Position numbers and translations under genes: made by a program. Below are positions 32,401 through 35,599 of a stretch of DNA of 35,599 bases, one piece after another. Location: IMG/VR virus record IMGVR_UViG_3300012347_000528, positions 1 through 35,599 of that record. One strand, written 5' to 3'. The notes under the pieces are model-generated. The model saw nothing but the letters and a program-made list of their open reading frames with translations. It was not told the origin of the DNA and made no database searches. This DNA comes from a virus. The stretch's first letter is position 1; each line of letters starts with the position of its first letter.

Positions 32401-33723
32401 ATGAGAATTGGAAACCTTGAAATAAGCAAAAACGGCGTTGTAAACGTCAAAACTGAAGCAAAAGTTCGCGCTTTGAACGAACTTACAGCCGCACAACAGC
32501 AAAAACGTAAGTCAAGTAAAATCCGTGAAAAGATAATGAAGACGGCGTTAATTCGTTCGCGTGCTGGTATTCAGGAATGGAAAAACGCCACTTTGTCGGC
32601 TGAAAGCGTAATTTCACCAAATAACACGGAATTAATTCGCGTTTATAAGGACATTGAAATTGACCTTCACCTTTTCGCACTTATGCAAACCGTAAGGCTT
32701 AAAGTAATTGCAAATAATTTCTTTATTTACGACGCTAACGGCGAAGCAAACGAAGAACTTACTGAACTTTTCAAAAGAAAATGGTTCCGTAAGGCGACAA
32801 AGAATATAGTTGACAGCGAATTTTACGGCTTCAGCTTAATTCAGCTTTTAGATATTGAAAACGGAATATTTTCAGACAGCGAACTTGTTCCGCGTGAATA
32901 TGTGGTTCAGCAAAAGCGCGGCGTTAAAACAATGCTGGCAAATTACAAAGACCTTATTCCTTTTGACGCGCCTGAATTCCTGAATTGGCTTATTCCTGTG
33001 GGCGAAGTTGACAACCTTGGTCTTTTGCACAAAGCCGCGCCAATAGTTATCAAAAAAAAGGAAGTTGTTTCCGCTTGGTCTGAAGCTGCTGAAATTTTCG
33101 GAATGCCTTTGCGCCTTGGTAAAACAAACATAAACGACCCCGACAAACGCGCCAATATGGAAGATATGCTTGAAAATATGGGTCAAGCGGCTTGGGGTGT
33201 TTTTGATAGTGAAGACGAAATTACGTTTGTTGAAACCAGCAAAACAGACTTCTTCAAAATATACCAAGAATTTATTAACACGGCGAACGCTGAATTGTCA
33301 AAAGGGTTCCTTTTACAGACAGGAACGACCGACGAAAAGGCTTACGCTGGAAGCGCTGGCGTTCACGAAAGTATTTTAAAGACGTTAATTGAAGCTTATA
33401 TTGTTCTTGTTGAAGAAGTGACAAACGAAGCTATAATTCCCGCCTGTGTTCGCCTTGGGTTGCTTCCTGTTGGGTCAAAATACAAGTCAGACAACGAACA
33501 GAAACTTTCACTTGAAGAAATGGTTAAGATTTTAGATATTTTATTGAAGTCTTCAACGAAGGAAGTTCCAAACGATTGGATTGAAGCGAATTTTGGCGTT
33601 CCTGTCGAAGACAAAGTTCAGGAAGTGGCAAAAGCCGCGCTTGACCCGAACGTTGACCCTGTTACAGTAATGAAAAAAGTAAAAAATCTATATTCAGGCG
33701 CCTTGAAAACGTGCGAACACTAA
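32401..33723 (+). CDS. Portal protein (Mu gp29 / DUF935-like)
   Basis: 440 aa, between the large terminase and MuF genes, which is the canonical Mu-like order. Confidence 0.75.
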   Translation: MRIGNLEISKNGVVNVKTEAKVRALNELTAAQQQKRKSSKIREKIMKTALIRSRAGIQEWKNATLSAESVISPNNTELIRVYKDIEIDLHLFALMQTVRLKVIANNFFIYDANGEANEELTELFKRKWFRKATKNIVDSEFYGFSLIQLLDIENGIFSDSELVPREYVVQQKRGVKTMLANYKDLIPFDAPEFLNWLIPVGEVDNLGLLHKAAPIVIKKKEVVSAWSEAAEIFGMPLRLGKTNINDPDKRANMEDMLENMGQAAWGVFDSEDEITFVETSKTDFFKIYQEFINTANAELSKGFLLQTGTTDEKAYAGSAGVHESILKTLIEAYIVLVEEVTNEAIIPACVRLGLLPVGSKYKSDNEQKLSLEEMVKILDILLKSSTKEVPNDWIEANFGVPVEDKVQEVAKAALDPNVDPVTVMKKVKNLYSGALKTCEH

Positions 33724-33733
33724 AACCCTTGAA

Positions 33734-35380
33734 ATGTCAAACTTTTTGAACTATTCAGACCAGCAAATTGAAGCGCTTATTAACGACGTTTACAGCGGCG
33801 TTGTGACGCGCGACAATTTGCCTGTCGATTTATACGAAGACATTAAAAGGCGCTTGAATAAGGGCGTTTTTGAAGGCTTTGGCGGGTCTTATGAAAACTT
33901 TTCTGAAGACACTACTGAAGGGCTTATTATGTCGGGCTTTGAAAAGAATATTGCTGTCTTTTCGGGCGCAAAAACATTCCAACAGGTCAACGATATGAGT
34001 AATTTTTTATTCGCTGGAAGTGAAAAGCTTCCATTTAGCGAATTTAAAAAGCACGCCAACGAAATATTCGACACCTATAACGACAATTGGCTTAAAACGG
34101 AATACAACACGGCTATAAGTCAGGCGTCTTCAGGGCGTCAATGGAACGATATTAAAAACCAAGCGGACATTTTTCCGTTAATCAAATTTATAACTGTTGG
34201 CGACGGTCGCGTTCGTGACAGTCACAAAGGTTTTGACAATATCGTTAAGCCTATCGGTGACCCGTTTTGGAAAAAGTATTTTCCGCCTTTGGATTGGAAT
34301 TGCCGCTGTACTACTGAACAACTTGAAGAAGGCGACGAACCAATTACAGACATAAAAGGGCGCAACCTTCCTGAAGTTCCGAAGCTGTTCCAAATGAACG
34401 CTGGTGAAGACAAAATTATTTTCGACGAAAGCGTTCACCCTTATTTTAAGGTTGACCAGCGTTATAAAGTGGCGCTTAAAAACAACTTCGACCTTCCTTT
34501 TGTTCCTGAAGTGAAACCAAAAGGCGTGAAGCCTGTTAAAAAGCCAAAGGTTCCCGTTATTCCTGAACCAGCTGTTCAAGGGTTTGTTCCAGCGAAGTCG
34601 ATAAAAGACGCCGAAGCTTACGCACTTGAAAAGCTTGGCGTGAAATTTGCTGAATACAAAGGAATTCCTTTGGAAGTCGTTAACGATATGAATAAAAGCT
34701 TATTTGAAACGCTTGAAAAGTTTCCAGCTTTAAAAATGAACGGAATTGGTTCGGCGCAAAACATAAACGTCAAAATTAAGGCGTACATAAAAGAACAGGT
34801 TATTCAGTCACAGCAATACAAAGAACTTGTTGCGAATTATGGCGAACGCTACGGCGAACGACTTATTAAAAATTATACGAATATGATTAAACCCGTAAAA
34901 AGCGGAACTTTGGCTTATTCAACTAATTACACAAACAGGAAGGCGCTTGGTGCGGTCGGTGTTGACCTTGACCTTGCACAATTTAACGGCGTTTATATAA
35001 ACAAAACCGCTGGAATGACAAAAGACAGCCTTGACGAAATAGTTAAAAGGAATGTCGAAAACGGTTGGTTCGCCAAAGGCGGCGAAGACTTCGGTTACAT
35101 TATGACGCACGAATTCGGTCACGAAATAGACAAACTTCTTGGCTTGAAAGTGAACCCTGAATTCGACGCAATATTTAAAAGGGAACACGCCAACGGGCTT
35201 GACGCCGTTGCTGAACGTTTAAGTCGTTACGGTGCCACAGCTGGAAAAATACCTTCACACAGGCGCGACGAAATGATTGCTGAAGCTTGGGCGGAATACC
35301 TTCACAGCAAAAACCCGCGCGAATTGTCGCGTCAAATTGGCGAATTAATAGAAAAAGAATATAAAAAATATTACAAATGA
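33734..35380 (+). CDS. MuF/SPP1 gp7-family head morphogenesis protein fused to a C-terminal HEXXH (lethal-factor-like) metallopeptidase domain
   Basis: MuF core FITVGDGRVRDSHKGFDN...PPLDWNCRCT, a Pro/Lys linker (aa ~255-285), then THEFGHEID (H459-H463, nt 35108-35122) and RYGATAG...DEMIAEAWAEYLHS. Confidence 0.85.
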   Translation: MSNFLNYSDQQIEALINDVYSGVVTRDNLPVDLYEDIKRRLNKGVFEGFGGSYENFSEDTTEGLIMSGFEKNIAVFSGAKTFQQVNDMSNFLFAGSEKLPFSEFKKHANEIFDTYNDNWLKTEYNTAISQASSGRQWNDIKNQADIFPLIKFITVGDGRVRDSHKGFDNIVKPIGDPFWKKYFPPLDWNCRCTTEQLEEGDEPITDIKGRNLPEVPKLFQMNAGEDKIIFDESVHPYFKVDQRYKVALKNNFDLPFVPEVKPKGVKPVKKPKVPVIPEPAVQGFVPAKSIKDAEAYALEKLGVKFAEYKGIPLEVVNDMNKSLFETLEKFPALKMNGIGSAQNINVKIKAYIKEQVIQSQQYKELVANYGERYGERLIKNYTNMIKPVKSGTLAYSTNYTNRKALGAVGVDLDLAQFNGVYINKTAGMTKDSLDEIVKRNVENGWFAKGGEDFGYIMTHEFGHEIDKLLGLKVNPEFDAIFKREHANGLDAVAERLSRYGATAGKIPSHRRDEMIAEAWAEYLHSKNPRELSRQIGELIEKEYKKYYK

Positions 35381-35544
35381 TTTACGACCAGCCCGTTTGT
35401 ATCAAATGCAAACATTACGACCAAGAAACAGCCACTTGCACGGCTTTTAAAGACGAAATTCCCGACCTTATATATTATGAAGGGAACAAACACGAAAAAC
35501 CCCTTGAAGGTCAAGGAAACGACGTAATTTTTGAACCAGCTTAA
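35377..35544 (+). CDS. Small Cys-containing protein (55 aa), not in the ORF track
   Basis: Its ATG overlaps the MuF stop (ATGA). The product is MIYDQPVCIKCKHYDQETATCTAFKDEIPDLIYYEGNKHEKPLEGQGNDVIFEPA. It ends 3 nt before the next gene's ATG across the junction. Confidence 0.55.
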   Translation: MIYDQPVCIKCKHYDQETATCTAFKDEIPDLIYYEGNKHEKPLEGQGNDVIFEPA

Positions 35545-35599
35545 AAAATGGCTTTCAACTTTGAACAGAAAATTAAGGAATTCCAAAAATTGAAGCGTA
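35545..35599. repeat. 55-bp exact direct repeat of bases 1-55 (contig end overlap)
   Basis: 35545-35599 reads aaaatggctttcaactttgaacagaaaattaaggaattccaaaaattgaagcgta, identical to 1-55. It duplicates the start of the CDS at 4-423. Confidence 0.95.

Larger units (their letters stand above)
1..35544. mobile_element. Complete dsDNA tailed-phage genome (myovirus-type, Mu-like head module); unit length 35,544 bp
   Basis: Full set of packaging, head, contractile-tail, lysis and replication genes. The 55-bp end overlap closes the circle. Confidence 0.9.

Overview
The window is one complete tailed-phage genome. Bases 1-55 are repeated exactly at 35545-35599, so the unique unit is 35,544 bp and the contig closes into a circle or a circular permutation. 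No rRNA, tRNA, CRISPR array, integrase or transposase was recognised.

Gene layout:
- Packaging and head module (29101-35544, continuing at 4-4068): VRR-NUC nuclease, small and large terminase, DUF1320-like protein, portal, MuF-family head protein, Mu gpG-like morphogenesis protein, ClpP-type protease fused to a scaffold, and major capsid.
- Contractile-tail and baseplate module (4143-15262): sheath, tube, chaperone with a -1 frameshift, tape measure, hub, spike, gpW/gpX/gpJ/gpI-like proteins, and a collar-domain fibre.
- Lysis cassette (15264-16813).
- Leftward early block on the minus strand (16931-19964): SMC-like ATPase, SSB-like protein and small ORFs.
- Rightward early/replication block (20088-28798): SF2 helicase, PolB-exo-like exonuclease, HNH-like protein, Spo11/TopoVI-A-like protein, BT4734-type AEP primase and VirE-type helicase.

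The host is probably a member of Bacteroidota. Support: start codons sit behind A-rich, Shine-Dalgarno-poor leaders, there is a canonical TTTG-N19-TAnnTTTG promoter, and the primase is of the BT4734/VirE type.

Most notable observations:
1. A stand-alone Spo11/Topo VI-A 'Mini-A'-like protein with both the R-x3-Y and toprim motifs.
2. A MuF head protein fused to an anthrax-lethal-factor-like HEFGH zinc-metallopeptidase domain.
3. A dense GGAACA iteron field with a 94% AT core, a likely replication origin.
4. An antisense two-gene cassette inside the head module.
5. An atypical lysis cassette with no lipoprotein spanin.
6. A self-contained promoter-ORF-terminator unit.
7. Identical 24-nt UUCG-tetraloop terminators closing both divergent early operons.

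Several ORF-track starts were corrected, and two coding features missing from the track were added: the frameshift extension and a 55-aa ORF.
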